From contig NIVC01002689.1 of the NCBI GenBank assembly GCA_002269645.1, positions 85,671-149,670 of the forward strand: a DNA stretch of 64,000 nt, written 5' to 3'. Below, piece by piece: positions 24,901 to 35,808 of the stretch. The translations under genes were made by a program, and so were the position numbers. This DNA comes from Macrostomum lignano. Its lineage: Eukaryota. How positions within the stretch are numbered: position 1 is the stretch's first letter; every line of letters begins with the position of its first letter. The notes beneath the pieces are model-generated. The model did no database searches. It had not been told where the DNA came from and saw only the letters and a list, made by a program, of their open reading frames with translations.

Positions 24901-25322
24901 CACAGTAGTCGGGCATTGCCTGCATCAATCTCCAAAGCGTCAGATAGGCGAATCAAGGCTTCTTGACTTTGCCCGGCTTCTAATAGTGTGAAAGCTTCCT
25001 GTTCAAGAGTTCTCACCTGCAGGGTTGAATGAGTTCGGGTAAAATACTTTCACCTGTGATTCTATTTCTAGTTAAGACTATCAAAAGTACGTCAAACCCT
25101 AATAATAACTCAAGTTCGTATTGCTGCAGACACGGAGATCACACTTGTTTGACACAGTTATCACACCTGTTAGACACTGATCACACCTGTTATACACAGT
25201 GATCGCACACTCGCCCCAAGCCTCACCGCTTCGAACTCCTCGCTCTCCGAGATAATTTCGCTGGACTCGTACCGACTCTCCATGGTCCCAGCCGATCGCC
25301 TGGGCATGAAGCCTGGAATCAT
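9920..25322 (-). CDS. TPR-repeat + CHAT-domain protein (TTC28-like), about 1769 aa, 18 exons: 25227-25322, 24807-25016, 24222-24425, 23905-24087, 22627-23124, 21597-21938, 20924-21283, 19685-20038, 18174-18743, 17444-17787, 16934-17100, 16249-16464, 15715-16030, 15289-15452, 13830-13933, 12188-12657, 11403-11592, 9920-10441
   Basis: All junctions are GT-AG and the exons sum to 5310 nt in frame. N-terminal TPRs (EALIRLSDALEIDAGNARLLCLRAQLY). CHAT motifs in TTC28 order: LYRMLL..LASLPFEL, VVVGNPKLP, EGEDATKDVFL..VMHIAT, LIVLSCG, LGAQCVLCLAWPLP, FAAPSVQGAIRLYG. Some acceptors (exons 4 and 17) were chosen by frame and homology; the start could be ATG 25322 or 25307. Confidence 0.85.
11070..11370 (+). 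repeat. Degenerate ~48-bp repeat with conserved core CCGATATGTATCGAAA (intron 17 of the TPR-CHAT gene)
   Basis: Cores near 11076, 11174, 11221 and 11352, with degenerate copies between. Confidence 0.7.
11650..12135 (+). repeat. ~20-24-bp minisatellite CTATCTAACAGGTGACCCTA (intron 16), reverse-complement relative of the 8095-9330 array
   Basis: Seen directly. Confidence 0.9.
12685..13640 (+). repeat. Mixed 30-bp/20-bp higher-order minisatellite (TCTCTGCCATGTCTGTCTCTTGTCTCTGTG and TCTCTGCCATGTCTGCCTTG), intron 15
   Basis: Seen directly; it generates six long spurious ORFs. Confidence 0.95.
14675..15250 (+). repeat. ~34-bp minisatellite CAGTCACTCTATGGGGGCGGATCACTCAAACCTT (intron 14)
   Basis: Seen directly; each unit has GGGGCGG. 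Confidence 0.95.
16080..16240 (+). repeat. ~21-bp GGCGCTAAAATGAGAGCCTGT repeat (intron 12)
   Basis: Seen directly; reverse complement resembles the array inside the MITE at 27796-28378. Confidence 0.8.
17836..18115 (+). repeat. 15-bp minisatellite CAGTGGGTCAGTGTC (intron 9)
   Basis: Seen directly. Confidence 0.9.
18860..19545 (+). repeat. GA-rich ~33-38-bp minisatellite (GAGTGTACACTGGAGAAGAGAGAGGGGTTGGTC) with a (GA)n microsatellite, intron 8
   Basis: Seen directly. Confidence 0.9.
20130..20900 (+). repeat. 16-bp minisatellite AGAGTCATAGGGACAA (intron 7)
   Basis: Seen directly. Confidence 0.95.
21340..21545 (+). repeat. 12-bp repeat AATCCCCATCyr (intron 6)
   Basis: Seen directly. Confidence 0.85.
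22105..22580 (+). repeat. AG-rich minisatellite GAGACAGGTGAGAGAGATAA (intron 5), reverse-complement relative of the 3650-4705 array
   Basis: Seen directly. Confidence 0.9.
23190..23875 (+). repeat. ~24-26-bp minisatellite GGGCGCCAAATATCGAGTGTCTAATA (intron 4)
   Basis: Seen directly. Confidence 0.9.
24520..24720 (+). repeat. ~50-bp repeat CAGCCAATCAGCGACGAGATGGGGTTAGAAAAGAATTTGTCGATCCAGA, about 4 copies (intron 2)
   Basis: Seen directly. Confidence 0.85.
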
Positions 25323-25819
25323 CGCGAATTCCGATTACAGCCCAGTGGTGAGATTTGAGTTGCCTTCCACTGACTGCTGATCAATCTTGAGTCAAGTTGA
25401 TTTGCAGTAAAGTTGTTTAATACTTGATTTTGTCAACACAGTTAATGAAGTACATACTACGATGTAATATCCAAAGCAACTCATCTATATAGATTGCTTG
25501 TCAATTATTTTAGCTACAATGCGAACTGATTTGCATCTACAAATAAAGGTAAAATAATAATATTAAAAAGTGACATGAAACAAGCAATCCTATTCATCAT
25601 GTATTTCATTTTTTAAGTAACAGTCGAACATTATTTAAATCTTCAATAATGATTTACATAAGTTTTTACATAAGTTTCACAGTTTAAACACAGTAAAAAT
25701 TTTGACGGCTGTTTTTCTCATAGACCGATTTAAACAAACTTGATTTATGCAATGGTCTGTCAGAGAAACATAGTTTGCTAATTGGAGGTGCAATTAGAAA
25801 AATAAGCGGGCGATTGATT

Positions 25820-26170
25820 GACTGGGGAGTCTAGGTTTTCGGGCGTGCGGGAAGTGAGGTGGGCGACCAAAGGGGCAGGAAATAAATGGGTGGTGGGTTC
25901 ACTGGAGAGACTAGGGTTTTCGGGTGCGCGGGGAGTGAGGTGGGTGATCAAAGGGGCAGGAAATAACTGGGTTGGTGGGTCCACTGGAAAGTCTAGGGTT
26001 TTCAGATGTGCGGGGAGTGAGTTGGGTGATCAAAGGGGCAGGAAATAAGTGGGGTGGTAGGTCCACTGGAGAGTATAGGGTTTTCGGGTGCGCGGGGAGT
26101 GAGGTGGGTGATCAAAGGGGCAGAAAATAGTGTAGATAGGTTGAATGGTGAGAGTTGACAGGGTTTCGGG
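25820..26170 (+). repeat. G-rich ~81-bp tandem repeat, about 4 copies, between MFI and the TPR-CHAT gene
   Basis: Recurring CTGGrrAGtcTAGGGTTTTCGGG..GGGGAGTGAGGTGGG..ATCAAAGGGGCAGGAAATAA. Confidence 0.8.
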
Positions 26171-26233
26171 AACAGAGATGAATGGCCAGGAATTTTTTCA
26201 ATAAAATCGAGTAAAATCTCAAAGGTGCCCTCC

Positions 26234-29016
26234 TCAATCCACGGTCTTGTCAGGGAGGTCCACAGCCGCCGGATTCGCAGGAGCGACCGGTCTGGGTCTT
26301 GAGTCGGCCGTATTCAAATGTCGCTCCGACACAGACGACTCAGCGGCGGTATTCTGCAGTATGCGCAATTGGGCAGCAATTCTCAGCTGCTCATCCGACG
26401 GAGCCGTTGTAGCCACGCAGCCCCAGTCTGAGGCGTACTGCTCAAAGTCTAAACAGGTTGACCAGTGAAGTAGTTCTTCAACTTCCCAGTCTTCTACCTG
26501 TTTTTGGGAGAGAATTAGAGAAAATTTATATTCATGGTACTCGCCTTACTGGAAAAATTGAGCATGAGAATCTATTACCGCAATACTCGTAGAATGTGTC
26601 CTAAGATCAGGTGTTCTGCTCATGTAGTGTCTCAAGGTTCAGATTTTCTGCTCATGGAAAGAGTCTCAAGGTAATGATGTTCTGCTCATGGAATGTGTCT
26701 GTAGGTTATGATGTTCTGCTCATGGAATGTGTCTCAAGGTAATGATGTTCTGCTCATGGAATGTGTCTGTAGGTTATGATGTTCTGCTCATGGAATGTGT
26801 CTGTAGGTTCAGGTGTTCTGCTCATGGAATGTGTCTTAAGGTTCAGGTGTTCTGCTCATGGAAAGAGTCTCAAGGTTCAGGTGTTCTGCTCATGGAAAGA
26901 GTCTCAAGGTTCAGGTGTTCTGCTCATGGAAAGAGTCCCAAGGTTCAGGTGTTCTGCTCATGGAATGTGTCTTAAGGTTCAGGTGTTCTGCTCATGGAAA
27001 GAGTCTCAAGGTTCAGGTGTTCTGCTGATGCAAAGTGTCTCAAGGTTCAGGTGTTCTGCTCATGGAATGTGTCTCAAGGTAATGATGTTCTGCTCATGGA
27101 AAGAGTCTCAAGGTTCAGGTGTTCTGCTCATGCAAAGTGTCTCAAGGTTCAGATGTTCTGCTCATGCAAAGTGTCCCAAGGTTCAGATGTTCTGCTCATG
27201 CAAAGTGTCCCAAGGTTCAGATGTTCTGCTCATGCAAAGTGTCCCAAGGTTCAGATGTTCTGCTCATGCAAAGTGTCCCAAGGTTCAGATTTGCTGCCGA
27301 TAGAAATGGACAAGTAAATTCATTATTAATCAATCAGTTAGGATACGCGCTCATAGCAGTGCCAATTGGCTTTACCTCTTCTCCAGCTTCCAAAGCTCGC
27401 ACCATCCCGTCTGCTGCACTCTCAACCAGATCGGCAGCTTCGGGCTCGCGACTCTTCAACAGGCCTTCCCGGTGCATCTTCATCAGCCACTGGACTCGCC
27501 GCTGCTTGCGCTTGGCGGCCAGGTCGGCCCGACGCTGCAGCCGGTCGTGATGGAACTCGGCGGCGCCGCTCGCCGGATCCGGGTCGATGGTTTTTCCGCC
27601 GGCCAGGGCGCGGTCGGACACGAGACGCCAGCCGTTGTTCTCGATGCGACGGTACCAGCCATCGCGCTCAGGGCCTTGCTGGATGAAGTCCAGCGGTCTG
27701 GTGTTGTGCAGCTGACGACAGTCCTGAACAAGCGGTTTGGAGCCACATGCTTGTAATAATTAGAATCATGACTGCAGGGAGACTGCGGGCGATACCAGGG
27801 GCGTCGCCATGGATTTTATGGTGGGGGGGGACAAAGCCAAGAATTCAACATGTATGTGTACAGGACTAAATTTCTACATGTACATTATTTTCATTTGTTG
27901 TCATTTTGGCTCCGCAGGCACTCATTTTAGCGCCGTAGGCCCTCATTTTAGCGCCGCAGGCACTCATTTTAGCGCCGCAGGCACTCATTTTAGCGCCGTA
28001 GGCACTCATTTCAGCGCCGCAGGCACTCATTTTAGCGCCGTACGCACTCATTTTAGCGCCGCAGGCACTCATTTTAGCGCCGCAGGCACTCATTTTAGCG
28101 CCGTAGGCACTCATTTTGGCGCCATAGGCACTCATTTTGGCGCCGTAGGCACTCATTTTAGCGCCGCAGGCACTCATTTTAGCGCCGTAGGCACTCATTT
28201 TGGCGCCATAGGCACTCATTTTGGCGCCGTAGGCACTCATTTTAGCGCCGTAGGCACTCGATCATTTTAGCGCCGCAGGCACTCATTTTAGCACTCACAA
28301 ATCATTAGCATGTCCCCCATAGATTTTACTGGGGGGGGGACACATGTCCCCCTTGTCCCCCACGGTGGCGACTCCCTGGGCGACACAACCAGCGCTCACA
28401 GAAATTCTGCCCATTCCGCTGGCTCCTGAGCACACACAAGCGCGCCAACACTGTACACAGACACGCACTCAGGCATGTACACTTCCTGTGCCTCGGGGGT
28501 TGGGCCTCATGGCTGTGAACCGCACGGCGACCTGCCGGCCTATTTTTGTGCACACGCAAGCCCCAAATGAATGTGGCCGCGCACAATTGACAGTTACACG
28601 CCTGTCTATTGAGTTCGATTACGCTCAAAAGTCTTGAGTAGTGTCTAGGTAGTCAATCACTTCCTTGTGTCTGTCAAAGCAAAACAGACAAAAAAGTTGC
28701 CAACCTGCAGCTTAGCCTCTGGTCGAGTGTAGTCCTTGGGACTGTTGGCGCACATGTCCTGCACCGGCCTGTGCGTGAATATCTTATAGAAGATGTTGGG
28801 CGGAAATGTCTCCCCAGCGAGGCGAAATTTCACGTGCACACCGGAGGCGGCGTCCAGCATTTTGGCTTCCATGGGATTGATGCTCTTCAGCATGAGGGCC
28901 GGGTCGCCCTTCTGCTTGAAGTTGATGAGGTCCCTGTAGTAGCGGAATACCTGCATGTCGATGTGACGCCGCCAGGCGCGCTGAATTTTAGTGGCAGCTT
29001 CGTCTGACGTAAGCAT
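26234..29016 (-). CDS. C11orf65: C11orf65 / MFI-like IQ-motif protein, about 307 aa; join(29016..28705,27723..27376,26497..26234)
   Basis: AATKIQRAWRRH IQ motif; INPMEAKMLDAASGVHVKFRLAGETFPPNIFYKIFTHRPVQDMCANSPKDY; GWYRRIENNGWR; EDWEVEELLHWSTCLDFEQYASDW. Exons total 924 nt. The exon 2 acceptor was chosen by frame. Confidence 0.88.
26600..27290 (+). repeat. 34-bp minisatellite GTTCTGCTCATGGAAwGwGTCTCAAGGTTCAGGT (MFI intron 2)
   Basis: Seen directly. Confidence 0.95.
27796..28378. mobile_element. Non-autonomous hAT-like MITE carrying an internal 21-bp minisatellite (GGCACTCATTTTAGCGCCGyA)
   Basis: Ends CAGGGGCGTCGCCA ... TGGCGACTCCCTG are imperfect TIRs. Flanking 8-bp direct repeat GGCGATAC (27788-27795) / GGCGACAC (28379-28386). 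Subterminal GGGGGGGACA / TGTCCCCC motifs. Confidence 0.8.
28390..28600 (-). mobile_element. Truncated copy of the dispersed SINE-like family also at 45760-46080, 56730-57400 and 60180-60365
   Basis: Shares CTGCCCATTCC..GCACACACAAGCGCGCCAA..GTACACTyCCTGTGCC..GCCCCAAATGAATG..GTGGCCGCGCA with the 45.8-kb copy. Confidence 0.65.
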
Positions 29017-31060
29017 TGTACTGTGCTTTATGAATGAGCTGAAAATGAAGTTGATGACTACAAAGCATGACCTATCCTCTTTATTAAACATACACTGTAT
29101 TTAATACTGTCAATATGCAGTCAAATATCAAACAGGCACTATTCCTTGATATCCATCTACATTGTGCTTAATAAGGCCTATTGAATAAAAACCATTAATA
29201 TATTGTAGGTCTCATTAACAGTTCATATTGTGAAATAGTAATCTTTTACTCTAGTAGTCATTTTATTGCAAGTGGGCTTTCACTTGTACATAGGGAAGTT
29301 CTGTTACTGACTCATAACACACAGGCACAGCACGTGTTACATGTAAATATTTTGATATTTAATACACATTAGGAGTTGACATTTTTAAGTAAAATGGATA
29401 GCTTTTTGTAGTTATGGCTTTACAGAAGAGTAATATATAATACAATATATGTCAATACTCCAGAACAAAAGTCATTTTTTATGTTTATCATTTCATGGCT
29501 TAAAACCTTTAAAGATCTAAACCTTTAAGATCTAATATTAAGAGACAAATGAGCAGTATACTTAAATGCTGAAGGTACAATTTACACAATTCTTATAGTA
29601 TATTTTTAAAAAATTAATGCTTAAACTAATACTATATTGCAAATATGCGTCATTTAAATAATGGAGGAGTTAGTAATTAATACAGATCCGTAAGCTGTGT
29701 GAATGAGAACTGATTAAGCAGACTATCTAGATATAGATTATAAGATAGGCATTTTATATGACTTTATAAATCTAAAAAAAAGATTAAGTAAACCAACGTA
29801 CAAAATTTCTACTGTATAAACTGAATTCGCTTATTTTTTAACTTTATTATTTTATTTATAACCGCTTTGCTTTAACTCGCAACTATATTTCTATTTAGTA
29901 TTAGTAGGTCCATTTATTTTTATTCGTAAATCCAGCCAACACAAATTTGTGCATCATTTACAGTAGAAATAAAAACCTTTCCGAGGTTTTTGTAACTTTC
30001 TTTGTAGCCTTTTAAAATAAAAACAATTTGTTATTTTTTTAACCTCAAAAATAAAAAACTGTGCTTCTCTATAAAATTAATTGCGACAATTTTGTTTATA
30101 TGTTGGAGTTGCTTGCGGTTAAATAAGACTTCACGAAACAATTTACGAATCAGTCGTATCGCTATTTATTATTCTTTATTATCATTACTATCGGTACCAT
30201 TATTTACCACTCGACAAATTCAATACAGTGAAAATTAAACTTGTACTTTACATGTACATGTACTTAACACCTTTACATGGAAATAAAGATGACTTCAATA
30301 CATTTATTTATGCTCATCGGATACAGATACGTCGATTCCTATTATTTGATGTCAAATCCTTAAGCTATCGTAAAACATAATTAAAATTAAATTTACTGGA
30401 TGTATAAGACTTGCTCTCTCCACGATTACCATTATTAGACTTCCGGCTCCCTTAGGTTGCATGTATACGTATTCCCATTATCAAAGCTAAATCAAACGAG
30501 TTTTGAATAATCCAGATTTTTTTAGATGCAAAAATAGCGACAATGGGTCGAGGCCTGAACATGCATCGAAGCAATTAAAGCCGGACCAAAGGGTGCGCTT
30601 TAATATTGTTCAAATAAGAAGCGCGACGTGTTAGTCAGGATTCGCGTTTTATTTTATAACAACTAAATTTTGTATTTGTATTTCAGTATATTTCTATTTC
30701 ATCGTACTAATATAACATGACGGGCACAGAGAGAGAGAAAGAAGTTTGCATTTCATCCCCCATATAAATTCTAAAAATTTAAAATTCGCGAAAACGTAGG
30801 AGTGGGCTTAACGCATACGATGTTTCAGAGCAGAGAGCGAAGATTGATAGGGTATAAGTTATTATATTAGCTAGATCTACTTTAGAAACAGTTGCATACG
30901 ATAATAAACAAAACTACGTCAAGTTTATTATAACCGTTGTTTGAAAATTTTCCGGTGTTATTTAACAGACAAAAGATAAAATGAATATTTCACTCTCTCA
31001 TCCTACTAGCTACATATTCAAGTCACTATAAACCTTTCCCAGCCAGCCAGTTAGCCGTTT

Positions 31061-33473
31061 CTACACCCGGTAGAACCACATCTTGCCGCGAATCCTGTTG
31101 TAATCTGGTAGGCCTTCGATAGGTCCAAAGCCGGCAACAACCGGGCAGCGATCGTAGATGTAACGCTGGGCAGCTTGGCTAAGCTCGGCTGGCCGAACCC
31201 GAGCGATTCGGTCCTCCAGCTCGGCCATGGGTATGCGCCTGCCATAGCAGATGATATTACGGCCCAATTCGTCGCAGGCAGCCTGAGTGCCGGCTAGACG
31301 CGAGTACATATTAGTCAGGGTGGCATTCTTAGCACGGACCAAATCGAATTCGCGAACATCCTGCGACAGTTCCATCCAGTCGGTTTGGAAGTCTTTGCTA
31401 AAGAAGTTGACAGACTCCTGATTGGCAACGAAGTGCATGCCCCATAGCGACGTCTCCCGATAGCTGGTTAAGAAGCTATCGTAGGACAGAACTCCGCCGT
31501 TGAAGGCATCGTGAGCCTGACGGGCCAGCCGGGAGGCGATGTTGTTGCCGCCGCTCTGCGCCCGATCCCAGGAGCCGATGTAGGTGGATGCCAGCGATAG
31601 CGGAATGATGTCGTCGTCCGCCCAGCCGGGACCTTCGACGGCAATGGCGACGTGAGCAAACGGCAGGTGATCGTCACGGTCGAGCAGAGAGGAGCCGGTG
31701 AACCTGCGGTATGAATTGAAACAAATATTAATACTTTGGTTAGGAAACAGTGCTCCAAAAGTTCCAACCAGTGTTCCAGTCTATCTAGGTTCGCTGAAAA
31801 TGTAATTGTAGAGTCCACCCAGGGGCGCTTAAAATGTACTTTTAGTCTTCCCAGGGTCGCCGAAATTGTACTTTAGTCTATTCAGGCTCGCCGAAATTAT
31901 ACTGTAGAATAATTATCCAGGTTCGCCGAAATTGTGCGTGTACTTTAGAGTCTATCCAGGGTCGTAAAAATTGTACTTTAGAATATATCTAGGGTCGCCG
32001 AAATTGTATCAATACTCAAGAGTCTATCCAGGGTCTCTGAAAATGTACTGTTAGAGCATATCCGGATCCCTAAAGATGTACTTTTAGTACCCAGGTCGCT
32101 GAAAATGTACTTTTGAATTCCACTCAGGGAATAGGTAGTTTTAGAGTATATCCAGGGTTGCTGAAATTTTTTGGGGCTATTCGAGGGTCGTCGAAAAATG
32201 TTCTCTTAGTGTCTGCCTAACATCTAACACTAGTCTCTCCCTTTTACCTAATAGGCTTCATAGTTGGCGCCAGTCTCGCATAGTCGTTAGTCAAACTGCC
32301 GAAATGCCGTTTGCATAGATCGGCCAGCTCGCTGTGAGCCACAGCGCCAGCAGCCGCAACAACCATCCGGTGCGGCTTGAAATTATCCTCGGCGTAGTGC
32401 TGAATGTCCGTCTTGGAGATTGAGCGAACGGAATCGATGGGTCCCAGGACTGGGCGAGACAACGGCGTGCCCTGATAAGCAGCTGAGTGCAGGTAGTCCA
32501 TGACCACCGTTCGGGGATCGTTCTCAGCCTCCTGCATCTGGCGAAGGATCTCAACTCGGCCGGACTCGATGGCCTCATCGTTGAAGCTGGCATTGCGGAC
32601 AACGTCGGCTAGAAGTTCAACAGCCCAGGGCACGTCCTTGCTGAAGCAGCGAACGCTGTAGGATGTCAGCTCGCGAGTGGTCCGAGCGGTCACCTCGGCG
32701 CCTCGAGATTCGATGTCCTTCTCGATGTCCAGCTGCGACCGGGACTTTGTGCCCTGGATGCAGCGGCAGAGAGGACTTCGAGTGTTTATAAAATCGGCCT
32801 AGGCGACGATATGTATCGAAATTAATTTTTCTTTTGATTTTCTATTGCTACTAAGGGGTGTGATTGTGATTTGATGGGATTGTGAATGCAGATAGGGGCT
32901 CCAAACACCTAGGAATGAGGATTGTGATTGAGGATGAGGGATGCGAACACCCATCTGGGAATTAGGGATGTAAATACTTGGAAATTGGGGATGTGAACAC
33001 CTGGGATTTGGGATCACGAATTAATATTGTGGACGACGAACGTGAACGCTATGAAAGATCAAAGATGTAAACCCTGGGAATAGGAATGGTGAATGAGGAT
33101 CGGGGATGTGAATGCTTAGGAATAGGAATTGCGAATGAGGATTGTGGATGTGAACGTTAAGGAATTTGGCTATGAATGTTAGGGTTAGGGTTACTTTATA
33201 TTCAGCTGTTCCCACCTTAAACAGGACGTGCTCAAGAAAATGAGCAACCCCATTGGTCTCCTCAGTCTCGTAGCGGCTGCCAGCTTCAACCCACACGGAC
33301 ACAGTGCAGGTCGGGGTGTTCCAGTCCTCAGAGGCAACTCGCAGGCCATTGTCCATGGTGGTGACCTGGGCCTCGGGCACGCGAACAAAGGCGGGCTTTG
33401 GTTTGGCAGCGGAGGCGGCAGAAGCGGCGGCAGTGGCAGTTCTGCTGATGCCACGGATGCCATGCTGGCGCAC
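31061..33473 (-). CDS. Mitochondrial M16 family protein (MPP-beta / complex III Core-1-like), 468 codons plus a missing start; join(33473..33216,32753..32248,31703..31061)
   Basis: [70 protein letters not shown] and [25 protein letters not shown] motifs. Exons total 1407 nt in frame. No in-frame ATG; PMPCB versus UQCRC1 assignment is unresolved. Confidence 0.9.
31810..32195 (+). repeat. Degenerate ~33-40-bp repeat (AGTCTATCCAGGGTCGCCGAAATTGTACTTTT), M16 intron 2
   Basis: Seen directly. Confidence 0.7.
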
Positions 33474-34049
33474 CTTGACAGGCGTGTGAGAGCGAAATTT
33501 TGCGGCTGATTACACCAGACTACTTGTTAGTAATGTTTGTAGAAATTTAACAAAGCTAAAATATTTAAAATATAAATGACATATATGTAGTAATATAAAT
33601 TGCATTATTTTACATTATTTTACATTATATTAACTATTATATATACTATATTAAGACCTACTATTACTGGCCTTTGAATTTTTTTAAAAGCATGAAAAAA
33701 AACTCAAATGTTGAATTTAAACTGTCTTGAGTTGAAGGCATAACATTTTAAAATTAGTCATTTAGTGGTCTAATCTTATTAAAGAAAGAATTTGTAGCTC
33801 GTATAAGTAAAGCAGAATTCAGTATCATTTTTGTTACCTCATCATATACTGTTGCTTACAAGGGGTTTTCCTTTATATTGAGATTATTTAAGTATATATA
33901 AAATGGCTTCAATATTTTTAATGGTAAACTAGGCTTACTAAAACAGTAAAAATCACCCAGAAAGCTAATAAATTAATAGATTGATTTATTCAAATGATTA
34001 CTTTATTTTTGTATACCAAAATTCAGTTTATCATATAAATAGGAATTTT

Positions 34050-34880
34050 CTTACTAAAAACACACTGAAACAATTTTTTGGATGAAATTCTGTTCACAGC
34101 TTTCACTACCACAGCCATGACTTCTGACAAAGTAGCTGCCATGGCACAAAGAGCTTCTTGGTGAATGATACAGTGCAGCTTTCAGATGTTGTGCTGGTCT
34201 ATGGCATCACTACACTTTTTCATGAAGAGTGAAATGGCACCCCTAACTTCACCAACCATGGCTGGCTGGCGCTCTATCAGTAGTGATAGAACATAATTGC
34301 TTCAGATCTAAACCAGCTGTCTTGAGGCAGGCCAAAGTAGAGTTGCAGATATCTTTGCCAGTTGTTGTACCTTGCATGGGAACAAGCTAAGAGGTGTCCT
34401 TTGAATCTGTTGACTCAGCAATTGCGATAGAGAAAACTTTAAAAATCAGTTCATGTGGTCATGCAAAGATGAACAAACGTCTGTGGTCATTTTTCCTCTA
34501 TTGTTCATGATACAGTGTCGGCAGATAGACTGACTAAAGAGAATAAATCGTTGAGCAGGGCAGAAAACATCAGCAACAGTCAGAAGATACTCTTTCACAA
34601 ATTCACCTAGTAAGCCTAGTAACTGCCACCTGGTGCAAGGTATCATCCATACTGGGGTACTTTGAAGAGCCATGAGTTGTCTTCCAGTATTGGCAAATGT
34701 TATTTTCCTTGAAGATGGCCACTGTTGATAAGCAAATCAGGCACTGTGCTTTGCCATGTCTTTTAATAGAAAAGTACTGCTATGTCTATCTTATATTAAA
34801 GGCGCAGTTTTCTGAATCCAATTTGCATTCCTTGCTTGCTAGTGGCTTAATAGATTATATTGAGCTTGACATAGCTTTTA
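34050..34880 (-). pseudogene. Fossil hAT transposase (Charlie/SPIN/GTF2IRD2-like) with stops, a frameshift and internal deletions
   Basis: Minus-strand translation gives KLDSENCAFNIR*T*QYF..KAQCLICLSTVAIFKENN (BED-finger region), FSIAIAESTDSKDTS*LVPMQGTTTGKDI, LCSITTDRAPA-fs-MVG and HCIIHQEALCA..VMAVVVKAVN. Confidence 0.85.
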
Positions 34881-35808
34881 CATAGCACGCAAGAAAATAG
34901 TAAATGATTTCAGTTTGAAAGATAGCAGATAGTATAAGTAATCACTAGATTGTTTCAATTATATTTTTCTAGCATTTGTCTAAATTTAAACAAGTGTAGT
35001 GTGAGTATTGTTATATTATATTCCATTAGGCCACAGCCTAACAACATAAGCAATGGTTTTTTAAGTGGGAAAGAAAAATGTACATACTAAAGAACAATTG
35101 TTGAACAAAAGTTTAATGTACATTTGTTCCATTTCACTGTACTGTCAGCCTTATCAATTTATACTCCACCTTGTCATTGGCTAGAACCACCACCTACTTT
35201 CCTTTGCCAGTTCCTTTACACTTGTATTATTTAGTAGTTTGAACTGATATGCTGTCTAGTCTAGAACTTGTAAACAGCCACTCGCGTCTCACTCAGTTTG
35301 TCTTATTACTCATTTGTCCTTGATATTGACAAGGGAAGGAATCCCCCATTTCAATGCACAAAAATTTTATAGGCCAAATAATAGAATTAATATAATGGTG
35401 TAGGCCGGATTATAATAATAAAGATATAGGAAGTTTGAAGGCCACATAGAAAGTCTTTGCAAGCCAGATCTAGCCTGCAGGCTAGAGGTTGCCAACTCCT
35501 AACATAACATAAGTGATCATAAGATAAAACCAAAAGATCTTATTGGTTTTGAATTAAAATCACACTAATAGTAAAATTGTACTAGAGATTGTATTTGAAA
35601 TTTATCAGTATATTAATTAGGAAATTATTGGTATATTAATCAAAATGGACATCCTGCTGTTTTGTCTTGGCTATATTGACATTTTGCACAAGCAAGAATT
35701 GGACATTTATATCCCCTTAGGCCTAGTGAAATGGAAGCATTTTATATTGAGTGGGGATATATATTATATTGAGAAGCAAATACCATAATTAATAATTTTG
35801 TTCTCAAC

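Noticed and set aside
33178-33195. TTAGGG telomere-like sequence
   Set aside because: Only about two units within an intron; expected by chance.
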